From Vicugna vicugna (taxonomy: Eukaryota): DNA of 64,000 nucleotides. Both the position numbers and the translations under genes were made by a program. The DNA lies in assembly GCA_013265495.1 (NCBI GenBank), contig MU058000.1:2294001-2358000 (forward strand). Direction: 5' to 3'. The notes under the pieces are model-generated. The model had not been told where the DNA came from and did not search any database. It was given only the letters and a program-made list of their open reading frames with translations. Numbering within the stretch: the first letter of the stretch is position 1; each line of letters begins with the position of its first letter. This document shows, one piece after another, positions 24,641 to 38,054 of the stretch.

Positions 24641-26354
24641 AACATTTTTGTTTTTACAATGTGCAAAGGGTCTAAGAAGTCTGTTAAAATCATTTGTTAT
24701 TAATACATTTAATCTTCTCCCTACCACTTTACTGACTCTGATAGCACAGGAGAAGAAAACAAACCCAAACTAATGAAAATTAGAAAATCTTCAGATTGTG
24801 CAGTTTGATTTTGATAGGGAATAGCTTGTTACTTTGAACAGCAGAATTGAAGAGTAGCAGAGCATCTCAGGGTCCCTTTTTAATATTCTTGTGTAGGCAG
24901 AATACCTCTGTCCTACACATCACAACAATCAATCAAATTTCCTATCTCACTGATAAGTTGTGTGTATTTTAGTAAGGAGATGAGACACGCATTTTACGGT
25001 TTCTAGCTTCTACTGAAATTTCATCAAATTCTTCATGAAACAGCTCAACGTTTGTCTCCCTTTTTGGCTCATTCATCTCTCAAATTATTCAGAGACACAG
25101 CCCCTTTGAAAAATCACCTTCAGTGCTAAGCCACTCAGCTCTTACTCCCATCCTGCCAAATAGAAGTTATCATCTTCTGCTTCACAGCCATGTCCACGGT
25201 GAGAGGGGGGAGGTGTAGAGGGTGACCCTCAGTCTATTTTATAACAACTGCAATGAAATGAAAATGAACTAAATAGGAACTATTTGAAATGTTCATTATT
25301 TTATAAAATTAGGCATTTTAAAGGACATAACAGGAAAAAAAAAAAACCAGTTACTTATAGTAACTCATTGTTGAACCTAATAGAACTGTTCCACAGTGGA
25401 CTGTGTTTTGTTGCCAAAAAAAGCAATGCAATGTTACTACATCAAATATGCTCATTGGTGTAGAACTTAGCAACAAAAGATAAAGGGAGTGAAATAAAAC
25501 TACCTAAGCTTGTGCTTCCTTTTAATTACAAGCACTTGGGTACTTGGGAAATAAAGAGGTTTTAAAACCCAGATGTTTTAAAACTCAAAGGTAAAGCTAC
25601 ACTATGTTATGTAAATGAACAAGGTTATTGACAGCTATAGCTCCACTGCCTATTCGGAGACTTAATTTTAGTAAGATATCTTTACCCTCTATAACCAAAA
25701 TTTAAAAAAAAAATTTGGATACAGTCAGGTCATTCGAATGAAATGCATCTTTGTTTCACTCTCTTTGTGCCTTGGACTTAAATCTTTATTTACTTATTTA
25801 TATTCCACCTCTTCAATCTTCAAGCATAAAGTATAATATTATAGGTCTGCTCATTGACAAGAGGGTCGTGAATCAAAGCGGGCTGTCTCATTCACTTAGA
25901 GAAGGCTGAACTTCCTATTCTGTGCCACCAACCACGATTGATATCCATGCTTTTTCCTCGGGAGAGGCTTTTGTTGAAACTTGGCAGGGAAAGCAGGCTG
26001 CAAACAAAGATGGGCTTCTCTGTGCGTTAGTGGCAATTTAACTTCTCGTGCATCTTAACATATAAGCAAATCCTACTGAAAGGCAAAGGCTATTGTAGGG
26101 GGTTTCTAGTTTCTACAATGTGCTATATTAACCCATATACATGTGCCTCTGTTTTGGTGCACACATTTATAAAACAATATTTCCATCATGAATCTTCATC
26201 TTTATCTTCTTCCTGTGAGACATGGGCTACCAAACTAAGAATTAGTTTGCTCTTTATCTCTCAGAAAATTTCTAAAAGATAGGAATGACCGAAGACAAAA
26301 ACAATTTATTTTTCCAAAGAATTTTTAGTGAGAAAAAATAATTTTTTTTGCTTC

Positions 26355-26560
26355 CTTAAAATATGTCAGGCACAGATTTGGTGCATTACCTACATTATCT
26401 CATTTAATCCTAAAAGTAATTCTGTAAAGTTAGATGAACACATCGTTTTTAGATGATAAAACTGAAGCTGAGTGGAATTAGATCATATTCCCCAGGGTCA
26501 ATGGCTGGCTGTCAAATTACAAAGCTGGAATCCAAACAAATTTATCCTGAAATTTCTTTC
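26355..26560 (-). mobile_element. MIR SINE
   Basis: acattatctcatttaatcct...tttttagatgataaaactgaagct...ctggaatccaaac. Confidence 0.7.
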
Positions 26561-27163
26561 ATCCAGTATGTGCGTTGAGGGGAGGGAATGGGGTTTGATG
26601 GTTAATTTTCCTTTCTGAGCTGTGGAAATTCTGCAGATACAAAGAATACTGGCCCACAAAACTGAGAAACCAGAACAGGATGAAGAAATGTCAGTATTCA
26701 ACATGAAGGGATGATGACATTTGAGAAACCAGCAGGGTAATGTGGACAGATACAGACTTGTGATGTTAGGGAAGTCCCCTGAGACAAAATTCTGCACAGG
26801 GAGAATGAAGTAAAGAGGATAATACAGAATTGACTGAGTTCATTTAACTCAAAATTGACTGTTTATTATTTCTCCCATTAGTTAAAATAATGCTGAGATA
26901 TACAGATTAAATTTCATCAGTATATAAGCTAAGTTATATATTACTTGTACACATAATTTTCAAGAAATGCTATATACATTAGAAAATTATTATCTTACTA
27001 TGTAGTTGTCTTGGGATCCTTTTGTTTTGTCATTGATACATTTTATTTCCAATATTTCCTTGCATGTAGCAAAGATTCAGGAAAGAGTGATAAGTCAATG
27101 AAATAAATTTTGCTAATTTCTGCAAAACACAGATTAATCACTTCTTTTAAAATATTCTCATTA

Positions 27164-28210
27164 TGTTAGGTAGAATCATGCACTGAGTCTTCTAAAGATG
27201 TCTGTTAGGTTCTAATCCCTGTGCCATGTGAAATGTTCTTTTACATGGCAGAATGGATTCTGCAGAGGTGATTAAGTTAAGGATTTGCGATGGGAAGATC
27301 ATCATGTATTTTGTAGTCATGAAGATTCTTACAAGAGAGAGTCAGGGACAGCCAGACTCAGGGAAGTCTGTAAGTGTGGAGTGTGGGTTCTGGCCGGCAG
27401 AAGTCCCACCAAGACAGAATGAATTACTCAAGACTCTGTGGAAAAGCCAAGAGAGTGAGAGGGAGTGGGGAGCCAACTCCCCGAGCATCTCAAATCTCCC
27501 ATCTTTACTGAGCACAGTCAAAGGAGGAATGCAGGAATTGAGGGAAGGACAGGGTGGGATCACAATGAGTACAAAGGCTTTGTTTGTTGTCGGTGTTTGG
27601 CTCAAGGTCAGAAGAGGCTTTTTGGTGAATCATGTTCAGTTGAGCCTTTCAGCTCATCAGGGCGAATGTGTGAGAATCAGCTGCTTAACAACTTGGACTC
27701 AGGCTGCTGTGCCCATCTTAGGTTGCCCCCCTCAGGGGATCTTTCCCGTCATTGGCTAACCAGCCCTCTCCCCTCTGACTCTGCAGCTTTTTATAAGTTG
27801 TTTACCGTTCCAGCCCAAGGCTGTTCTGGGGATAGAAGACTAACAGCAGGCACACCCAGGGTCATTGCTAAAACCTCAAGGCAGTTACTAAGCACATCTT
27901 CTTTAAGGAGATCCGTGGCTGGGATCTGTTACAATTTGTTAACGCAATCATGGGCTCCCACAGTGAGAACAGGAGCAGAGTTAGGAATGTTACAGCCACA
28001 AGCCAGGTGATGCAGGCAGACTCTCAAAGCTGGAAAAGACAGGGAACAGATTCTCCTTTAGAGCTTCCAGTAGGAAGGTAGCTCTGCTGACACCTTGACT
28101 TTAGCCCTGTAAGACTCATTTCACACTTAGGACTTCTAGAGCTATGAAATAATGAATCTGTGACATTTTAAGCCTGTGGTAATTTGTTACATCAGAAATA
28201 GAAATGTCGA
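27164..28210 (+). mobile_element. MLT1D-like MaLR LTR split by an inserted ERV LTR
   Basis: The 5' half (ttacatggcagaatggattctgcagaggtgattaagttaagga) runs to about 27374. The 3' half resumes at 27963 (aagctggaaaagacagggaacagattctcctttagagcttccag...gtggtaatttgttaca). Confidence 0.85.
27375..27962 (-). mobile_element. Solo ERV LTR (588 bp) nested in the MLT1D-like LTR
   Basis: TG...CA termini; near-TSD gtaag/gtgag; minus-strand TATAAAA near 27790, CCAAT near 27750 and AGTAAA near 27505. Explains the long ORFs 27253-27759 and 27465-28010. Confidence 0.75.
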
Positions 28211-28329
28211 CATTCATCTGTTTCTGTAAAAACGACTTCTAGAAGACTGATAATCAGAACTTAGAGAAGTCCAAGTCCATATCTCTTTTCAGAAAATGCT
28301 GTTGTCATGGGATCACTTGCTGGTGATGT

Positions 28330-28730
28330 AGAAGCATCTAAAGGCAAGTATCTGGTTTAATCTGAAGATGTATGAATGGGAGTTAACTGACACAGAAGAC
28401 GTAAGAGTTACCCAAGCTAAAGGGATGTTGTAGCGGAATGAGCAAGAAGAGGGAGGTACTTCTGTCAAAGGGAAAATGTGTTTGTGAACAGCTCATTTTG
28501 GTTAAGAGCCTGGAGAAGTTCAGAACTGAAAGAACTCATATACGGCTGGAATCTTGAAAGTAATGTGGAAAGTAGTGTTAAGAAGACACTGGTGAGCTGG
28601 AAAGAGTGTGGAACTCAATCATTTTAAGTTGGGCAATCGAGGATTTTTGCCTTTATTTTAGGAGCACTTGGAAGCCATCAATGGATTTTACTGCCCAGGA
28701 CTAGAGTAGTTTGAACTTGTGTTTTAATTA
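28330..28730 (-). mobile_element. L2 LINE remnant
   Basis: aggatttttgcctttattttaggagcacttggaagccatcaatggatttta is the antisense L2 pattern. Confidence 0.6.
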
Positions 28731-31577
28731 AACTAATCTATTTTATGACATTTCCTCGACATTGTCCATTCAAATATTATGATTTTCTTCACCCCAATGT
28801 TAAAAGCATCCACAACAAATAAGTGGCGAGGGTCACCATAGTTTTAGGATATCAGCCTCTTATGCATCCGTAATAATGTAAACACTACAGATGACTGCGA
28901 TGTTTTATGCAATGGAATACCATAATTAAACGCCCATATTTCTGGGTCCTGAGTAGGCAGTTTAGATAATTAATGAAAGTCAGTTAGTTGTTCACATCAT
29001 CTTAATCAATAAAGTTAGATGGCCTGAATATTTCTTCCTGCCCTTTTGCCCAGCCCTAATGAAAGGGGAGACGAAAAGAAAAATCAGTGTGATTAAAAAC
29101 AAATCTTCTATAAGTGAACTTTAAAATTAATGTGCCCCTTGTGATAGTCATGGTCTGAGTTTTATTCCCAATTAAGTGCAATCTAAAAATGAATTAAAAA
29201 TGACATTTGTAAATGGATGGAAAAGAAATCATATATAACAGTGATTTGAATTTAAAGACTCAATGATATTAGCTCTTTATAAAAGTCTGAGGGTAAGAAT
29301 GAATTGGTCCATAAAACTTCTCATGTCAGTGTTTCCCAGAGACAGATGAGGCCTTACTAATTTTCACTTATTTGAATGGAACTGCTCTAAGTTTGATAAA
29401 GGGTATTTTTTAAGAGGGGTACAGGATGACATATATATTATTTCATATAATCTTTATCAGTCATGATAAAAATTTAAAGTGGGAAGAAACACATCCAAAA
29501 TGGATTTTAGAAAGGATAAGGAAAATTTCTTGTGGTAGCTTTAGTTATAATCAAGGTAAAGAGTATACCGTGTATTTCTAAACAGATTTAAATGCATTTT
29601 TTTAAATTAGGATGGACCCAGATCTTTTTGTGTATTATCATAAATCTCTTTCTAATAGATGAATAACTCAGGCTGAAGCAGTAGAACTCAGTTAAAGTCT
29701 CTCTTAGAGAGTCATGATGTTTCCTCTATGCTGACAACAGAGAAGTTTTTCTCTACTCAAAGTATGTTCTTTCATTTTTTTAATCAGAATCATTAAATTC
29801 ACATAGAAATACTTTAAGTACAATGAATAAGTCATACAAACTTAAGGTCACCATATTCAGTCTTGGAGCTTTTAACATTAGATTCTGAGACGAGAATATC
29901 AAAATTCTTCCAGATTGTCCTCCACTCATTGACTTCAATATACCCCCTTTCTTCCCATTTAAACAATTATTTTTTTCCTTCTTCACATTCCATTTCTAAA
30001 ATAAAACCTTGAACTTACGGCATTATGTTATTCTCAAAAAAGACTTTAAAAGAGAGATTGAGTACAATGGCTGTGGTCCATGAAGACATTATAATTTCTG
30101 GATTTATTTTATTATAAATTTCAGGTTTAATTCATGGTCTTCTATTCTGGGAACATGTGTATTTTTTTTTAACTCCAACCCTTTTATGCTTAAGGTCTTA
30201 AGGTGGTTTGCGATACCTGAAACCAACAGTTGCCCTAGAGAAAAAGCTAATATTTACCTACGAGAAACTTAGGATATAAATGATCTGTGTTTATAATGTC
30301 AAACCTCTAAACAGGTTAAAACACTTCTGAATAAAAGAATGTAATTACTGAATTTCTATCATTAAGTTTAGTACTTTAGATGATTATTTATATTCCAACC
30401 GAAAAAGACCCCTCATGATGACTTTCTTCATTATCTGCAGACATTTTCCTTAGCATCATTAGGAGGTTAAATGACATATATATGTTCCTCTTCCTTTTCA
30501 TATTTTCCAGTATCTTCTATTAGAGAAGTGATAATAAGGCCATAGACTGCATTTGGTTGTCTAAAATCTTTTCATGAAACAATCAGGGATAACTTGATTT
30601 AATCTAATTCTAAACTTAATAAAACACGATGTATGCAACAAACCATTTGTTCCATGATAGGAAACTACCCATGAATGAAAACAATTGCGCTAAATTTTCT
30701 AGACAATCTACAAGGATTCCAAACCCAAGAAATTATTTTAAAAATCCACCTGAGTTCTATGTGTGAGTATATATCATATATTAATTTAATTATAGTCATA
30801 CTATGTATGTATACAATATTAAATATTAATATATGTTATAAATACCATCTTTCCATTTTTGTAAGCAAAAAATATAATCAAACTTGGTTGGTGCTGAAAA
30901 TTGAAAACTAAACAAAGGTTTAAATAATTTAATGTTGAGGTTACTCTGTCCTTTGAAATGCTCTATTTTGAGCTGGATAACTTAGAAATGAGGTTTTCTT
31001 GTTTGTTTCCTTATATAGTCATGAAGGGTAAAGATTAGTGCTGGCCTCTCACATTCCATTCTTCTCTTAGGGACAAATTGGAATTGGGGAAACGAACTTC
31101 ATCACACATAAGCAGAATTTTAGGCATTTAAAATTGTGGCACCAGCAGTTTAGAAATATGAATTAGGTTATTTATTTATTGTAAGCAAAAATTGAGGAAA
31201 ACAGGACTTTATCATCTCCATTTGCAGCTGAGGGAGACTAATACTGACAGATGTTTACAATCAATGTCAGACGATTGTTTAAAGACCTAGTCTTGCTCCT
31301 GGTTATCAGGATTAACAGTTGGCAAGGAAAGCAGGAATTCAGACTGGGGTGGGTGAGGACAAACTGGAACCCACCAAATTCTCAGTGGAGATACAATGAT
31401 TACCTTTCAGGATGTCATGGCAACTGCTTTATTTTGCCTTTCAAATCTCCTACAGCTTTATTTTGACAGACTCTAAGCTGGAATCACACAGGAAAGGGCA
31501 TTCTGTGAAATTCAGTGCCTAGTGTAACCAAGTCAACAAAAGTACAGTTCAGCATCTTGCTCAACATTGAAGCAAAT

Positions 31578-31943
31578 TGTCTGATGTGGAGTTCTAGGAG
31601 GTGAGCAGCCCAAATGAAAAAATGCACAAGGAGTTGCCATACTGCCGGACAGACTTCAGCCAGGGACACCATGGGGTTAACAACACTTTATTGCCACAGG
31701 GAGGCACGCCGATGATGCACCTGTCCTGCTTTTATCTGTTTTCTGTCAGCACATGCGCAGTCTGAGTTTCTTTGTTCATTAGGCTTACAAAATATCTCTA
31801 GCACGTGCGTACTTCTATTTCCTTTGTTCTAAATCTTATATAACTGATGCACGCGTGGAGCAATTATTTACTGCATGCTATAAACATGCTCTGATCGTGG
31901 CCTTGGGTCCCACGGCCTTAACTCATCTCAAGACCAGCTCACA
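31578..31943 (-). mobile_element. Short solo ERV LTR (366 bp)
   Basis: TG...CA termini with caaat TSD (31573-31577, 31944-31948). Minus-strand ATAAAAG near 31730 and AATAAA near 31690. CpGs are retained. Confidence 0.7.
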
Positions 31944-31989
31944 CAAATATATTGACCAATTTGTCAAATCATTTTTTGTTCTGTTTGAA

Positions 31990-32105
31990 GCCATTTTTAA
32001 GTGAGGTATAATTGACGTGTAACCTCATATTAGGTTCAGTTGTATACCATAATGATTTGATGTTTATGTGTATGGTGAAATGATCACCATAAGAAATCTA
32101 GTTAA
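31990..32105 (-). mobile_element. Short L1 3' terminus, antisense
   Basis: tttttaagtgaggtataattgacgtgtaac...gaaatgatcaccataagaaatctagttaa. Confidence 0.75.
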
Positions 32106-33679
32106 ATAGAAAGTATGTTCTACGTATGCAGAGAGTAACACTAAATAGAATCTTTAGTACCCTAAGTATTCTCAAGTAAATCCGTGTAACTATGAGCAAA
32201 TGTTTTCCTAGGAGGCATACTAGGACACTGTTTTAGGACTATTAATAGCATGTTAAGGATAAAAGAGGGTTTCTACACTCAATTGTTTGGGAAATGCAGT
32301 GATAGCAAGGTTTAAACAAATATTTTTAAATGCTGAAAGAATTTAATATTTCAGTGTTTATTTTAATTCAGTAAGAAAGGAAAATAGGAAATAGTGTGAA
32401 GAATTTTGTTAAATTATTTGTGCATATAACTCTCCCACTCCCTCCACCACTTTGGTGACATCACTAAGAACAAAGAAGGAAGTGTTTCTATAGACTGAAA
32501 AATCTCATACAAATTTTCACCTACAGATCTTATTCTTTGTGTTTAAAAGGTAAATTCTTTCTTTTACATGAAGGATGAAGATGATTGATGGCTTTTTACC
32601 ATACACAATTATCTGGAATTTTGGATTGCTTAGAAAGTAAAGAATGGATAGCTTAATGCAAACAAACCAAACATTAAGGGTCATTTTGAGTTAATCAGCA
32701 ATTCTCAAAGTTTTATAAGTTGTCTGCAGAGTGGAATTCATCCTTTGTCCTTGATTCATGATATTCCTATGACTTTGCTCTGGGGAAGAGTTGGCAGAAT
32801 CATGCTGCAGTCAATCATAAAACTATCATTAAATGTCCATATTAATGACCAGCTTCTAATCACGCTGTGGATCCATTTAATCAAAGATAGAGACGTGCTT
32901 TGAGAAAAAATTACTCATGGAGTTGGTTTTGAGTGAAAAGTTACACTTTTGTTCATAAAGTTAAATTTTAATTTTATCTCATATTTTTATTTTAACACTA
33001 GACAACTCACATTTCACAGTCTGAAAAGACATTTAGCACTGACACGTTTTCCTAATATATTATTTAAATAGCAAGTCAGTATGAGGACTGCAACGTCTTA
33101 AAAACTCTATTATGTAATAACCCAAATGCAGTGTGAATGAGAGCTCAAAAGGGGCACCATGAAGAGACATATAAGTAAGGTCAATGTTTTAAAGCAGTTT
33201 AGGGACTTTCTATGCATAGATCAAAATTAGAGTTTATAAAATTAACACTGTGAAAATATTGCAAGAATGCTTGGAAAAGAAAGATTAAAACAAACATATG
33301 AACAAAATTTATATTGGTAACATTTTCCCAATGCTTTTATATTTGAAATAGAATTGATTATTCACTCCAGATCTCCAATGACATGGTTTAAATTTTATCA
33401 GGTCTTCCCCAATCTGCATAGCTTTATCTGCCCCTTCTTTTGATTAAAGAGTGCCATTAAAAATAAAATGAACTTGTTGAATATCAAAATAAATATATAA
33501 GTATATATATAACAATCTATTTTTATAATATTTGCAAATAATAGTACTCAATATAATATTATATAAACACTTGTATATGCTATAAGTAACATATTTGAAT
33601 TACTTTGGATATAATAAAGGGCTTTGAGATTGAGATAAAGTGATATTTCCTACACTTTTAGAGCCTTGATTTACATTTA

Positions 33680-34625
33680 TTCTCTGATATTTCTGAATAT
33701 ATTCAGATTGATTGTTGATATGCATTTTTTTTGTTTATTTGTGTGGACTATTTATAAAGTCTATCATTTGTCACATGCAGCCACTGAAATCTTTGCCCAT
33801 TTATCTTAGTGGTTAGTATTTGATTGGACAGAAATATCCTAGTATATCTTGAGTCTTGCTGAGGGCAGATGAGGCAGTTTGCAGCTCTGCCTTAGCTCCC
33901 TTTTTGTTCATGCAGACTCTCAAAGTCAGCCAAGGGTGAGAGATTAGGTCCTTCTAATGGACTTTCTGGGCACGTACACCATCATGCATGTGTGTATGGT
34001 CTTCTAAATTTTCAGAAACATATTAGAGCTTCTCAAAGTCCACTCTGGACACTCTTTCCCCAATTTGTCCTTTTAAGATTTTTGGTGAGTCTCTTCTCAT
34101 CCCAAACTGGTGTTGCTGCTTCAGACTTCCTTGATATTAAACCACTGCCAGTGATTAGTTCAGAAAAAATGCCTTAGATATGAGTCTTTTTCCTGAGGGC
34201 TTGCACTGAGTAATGTCAGTACAGACAACCCTGAGAAGAGTGACATGTCAAATAGTGACTTTTCCCAGGACATGGGACTTTTGAGGTGCTCCAGTCCTTC
34301 TCTGTTCCCTGGAATGACTGCTAAGCAGCTAGCCTGCTGGTTTTTATAGATACTGTGACTACAAGGCTGTTATTTTTCAGGGACACCAAAAACATGTCAA
34401 GAGGAAAATGGAAAGATTTGTGGCAAGGTAAAAATGCCACCAGATTTGCTCTTTTCACTGAGATTTAGCCATTTTTCTTGAATAAACTGTTCTTGGATTA
34501 TTATAAATTTTTGGTTATTTTCCACAGCTTTTAAAAGGTTGATTTGAAAAATTTTGGTCAATGTTCTCAACACTTTGGTGGAGAAGTAGATTTTTGGATT
34601 TCCTTAATATTTTGTTTGACATCTG
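33680..34625 (-). mobile_element. Old L1 5' region (L1MC/L1MD-like), antisense
   Basis: Its reverse complement shares ctaaccactaag...tcagtggctgcatgtgac with the L1 5' region near 46550-46600. Confidence 0.7.
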
Positions 34626-34789
34626 AATCTTATATTTGATACCTCTATTGTTTAAATCATATATAATAACTAATTACTTCAGTGATCTTTACCATCTCTT
34701 CAGTGGTATCAACTTACTCTGGAAAATAAGCTATGGTAGACGGTATTGCTCTTTACTATATATATAGTTATAAATTTATATATATGTGT

Positions 34790-35090
34790 ATATGTTAAGT
34801 CTTTCCCTGCAGGTTGAATACATAACTCTGTAGAACTCAATTATAGTCATATGACTTATTGAGATTAATGAGATGTGAACTGAAGAATGCTTATCATTTC
34901 TTGGCAGAAATTTAAGGGCAAATATATACTTTTTCACATCCTCATTTTTCTATCATATTTCTAGATATAATCTAGATCTCTGAGTAAAGATGTTGGAGAA
35001 CAATCTGTAGCTTCCATCAATGGACTTACCATAAACCACTGACATTTGATGTTTGTTACTGCAGCATAACATAGCTCATTCAAATTTATA
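34790..35090 (+). mobile_element. Old MaLR LTR (MLT1J-like)
   Basis: Ends ataaaccactgacatttgatgtttgttactgcagcataacatagc. Confidence 0.6.
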
Positions 35091-38054
35091 TATTGGCCTA
35101 ACAACACATATATACATTAAACAAATACCTGCCATTTGTTTTATGACAAATCTCCATATCCTCTATGATTCACAGGGGTTTTTTGTGCATTGAAAACAAA
35201 AACAAAAACTACATTGCTTCTATATGGTGAGTCAGTGAGTTGTAACTGACAGTGTATCTAAGATGCTAAAATATCCTGTACATCTCAAAAAGTGATAAAC
35301 GGAGATCCTAGAGGCTTTTTTTTCCTGTTTATTTCTAGGGAAAATGGGTTTTGCTTACATATTTGAAACAGAGTGGGAGTAACAGGTATGCACAGAACAC
35401 TTGATGGGAGATTAAAACTTCTTAACTCTGCATTTTATTTTTCTCATTAAAAATAATAGTAATGATTCTCCTAGGTTCCATTTAGGGTTGTTTTAAGAAA
35501 GCATAGGTGAAAACAGTTAATAAAAACAGTTTTAGCACTATCGTATTGTAAAGCAATGATGTGATGACGCAGATCTGTGTAAATCTTCAAACGCTTATCT
35601 TCAAATATCTACCCTGTTCTCATAGGGAACCTTAGACTAGGCATGATCACAGAATAACAAGATATTCTTTGAGAAATCAATGTGCGATCTCACCTTGCCC
35701 AGTCCCTTTATCATACAGACAAAGAGTCTGATGTTATGGAAATTTAAATGACTTTCCAAAGGCAACCCAACTGGCAAATCCCTCATCTAGATGGAACCAG
35801 GGCCTTCTGCATCCTTGGCAAGCTCTAGTCTACATTTAAGAAAAAAAATTGATTATATATAATATTAGATATTATATCTCATGTATACATATACACATAA
35901 TATCATATTTTTATATCCTTATAAACACACAGAGTAGAGTCCAAAGCCAGATAATGATAGGATAAGCCTGGAAGAAAGAGCAGAATAAGTCTCAGATTAG
36001 AGAAGAAATGAACATCTATGTAATGTTAACTCTTCAAAATAAGCCATTATAGTAGTAAAACAGAGCTTTGATTTTTGCGTGAGAATTTATGTTTGGAAGT
36101 TGTTTCAAGGGTGATGTGTTTTCCTTTAAGTTGATGAAAAAATTGACTGCTTTTTTTTCTTACATAAACCTCTCTTCTTTGCATTTAACAGCTGTGTGTT
36201 GAAGGTAGGAAGATCTGTGTCACTGCCCTCAGTTAAGGGTAACTTCATTTTAACTTTACTTAATTAAAAATGTAAGAAAATGACATCTTGGAGTTATACC
36301 AAGACTTATTCCATAAGTTTTTGTCATGAGCACTAGGTGACCACCATTCAGGACCAGCTGCCCTAGATACTTCTTGGACAGGACGCATTGAATCTACCCA
36401 CCCACTCTAGCATTTAGCTACTGTAATTACAGGGGTGTCCTCTGGAGCTACCTAACCACGTGGACAAGTAGCCTTATGATGATGTGGAAAAAGTATCTGA
36501 AGAGTGCCAACACCCATCAGCCGATCACCCCCACCCCTGCTTTTCCACTACTGGTAAAACACAACACATGAGTTTGTCCTGTCCTGTTTTTGAACACATC
36601 CTGAGAATTAGACAATTCTGTCACACTCTTTTCCCTTCTTAATGTTGTTTTAATTTAGTATCTTCCGGAAAACTGCTAGGGTTGTCAGAGAGGGGAAATC
36701 CTATGTGAATGTTTGACTCTGGTTCAGTTTTCCTCAGGGGATTTCCTGTGGCTGAGAACCATGGGTGAGTTTTACGATGCAGGCTCTGCTCACAAACCAA
36801 TCATTGTCCCTGGGAGAATACTGAAGAGGCAGACACTCACACTAAAGAGAAAACCCTAGGGATTCTGGCCACTTGTCTCTCCTTTAAGCACATAACCAGT
36901 GTATCAGAGGAGCCTTTGAAATAACACACATGGATTTCGCTACTCTGGTTATGTCCCTGTTTCACCAGAACATTAGGCTGAAATCTGCCTCTGACATTTC
37001 CTGGGGTTGCATCTCAACTGCTGGCAGATTCTTTGATTCTTTATGCAGTGTCCTTTGGAGACCTTGTAAAGCTAGATCAGAAACACCCATGTGGCAACAC
37101 ATTTAAGCTGTCTTATTAGAAACAACTTTGCAGGCAGCTTTGCCATCATCTGTTGCAGAAGCTGGGGTAGGAAACCTATTTGCACACACAGTGTGCTACA
37201 AACGCCAATCAATGTGATCTTTCCCAACTTGAAGTGTTGCCTCATAAACAGTCTCAAAACACCTAAATCTGCCCGGAGGTCCTCCACTGTGACCTCCTGT
37301 GAATGTCTGTTTGGAACCTGGACCACAAATTTGTAAAATTTTTGGAGATATGAATGTGTTAAAGGCTTGAAAGCTGACAGTGCACTTTATTCTCAGTAGA
37401 AGGGTTCTCTCTCCTTGGTGAAACCTATGTAAATGGATTTTCTAATAAATTCTTTCAAGCCAGCTGCTTTTTGTTTCAGTTGCAGGAATTTAATTGATTT
37501 GTTTGTAATTGCTGTTACATGCAATGCTCTACCTTCTGAAAAGATAAATGCCAGGTGTATTTTTAAAACCTCCTTAAATAAATTATGTTGCTTAACTAAA
37601 TAGACCTTTTTAAAATGCACAGTGCCGCTTCAAAGACCAAGTAATTGAATGGTAAGTGGTCTCCTGTAATTCCATTCATAGTGTATGTAGCGATGGTGTT
37701 AAAGAGGCAGCAACCTGCCATTGGTATTGTAAAGTGCCTGAAGAGGCTATTGTCCAATGTTTTGAGTGAAATTATTGCTTTGATTTGTAAATGAACAGGT
37801 AAATACCAAGAAATTAACAGCTATGCCAGTTGGAGCTCTAAAAATGGAATTCAGAAAAATTTGCGGAACGCTGGAACTGTAGTCTTTATGCAAGGAATGC
37901 AGAAATCAATTTTCAAAATGTTTTCCGCGTGTTGCCAGGGGAAAAAGAAATTGACATTTCAGTAATGCAATGAGCATTGACAGATCAAGTGTCTAGGAAC
38001 TCTTTCCCTGTTATTATCTAGCGTATCATCCTGTCATTCCTCTACATAATTCTT

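Noticed and set aside
27253..28010. Longest ORFs (168 and 181 aa) as genes
   Set aside because: They lie within nested LTRs, the longer one does not start at ATG, and I see no protein similarity.
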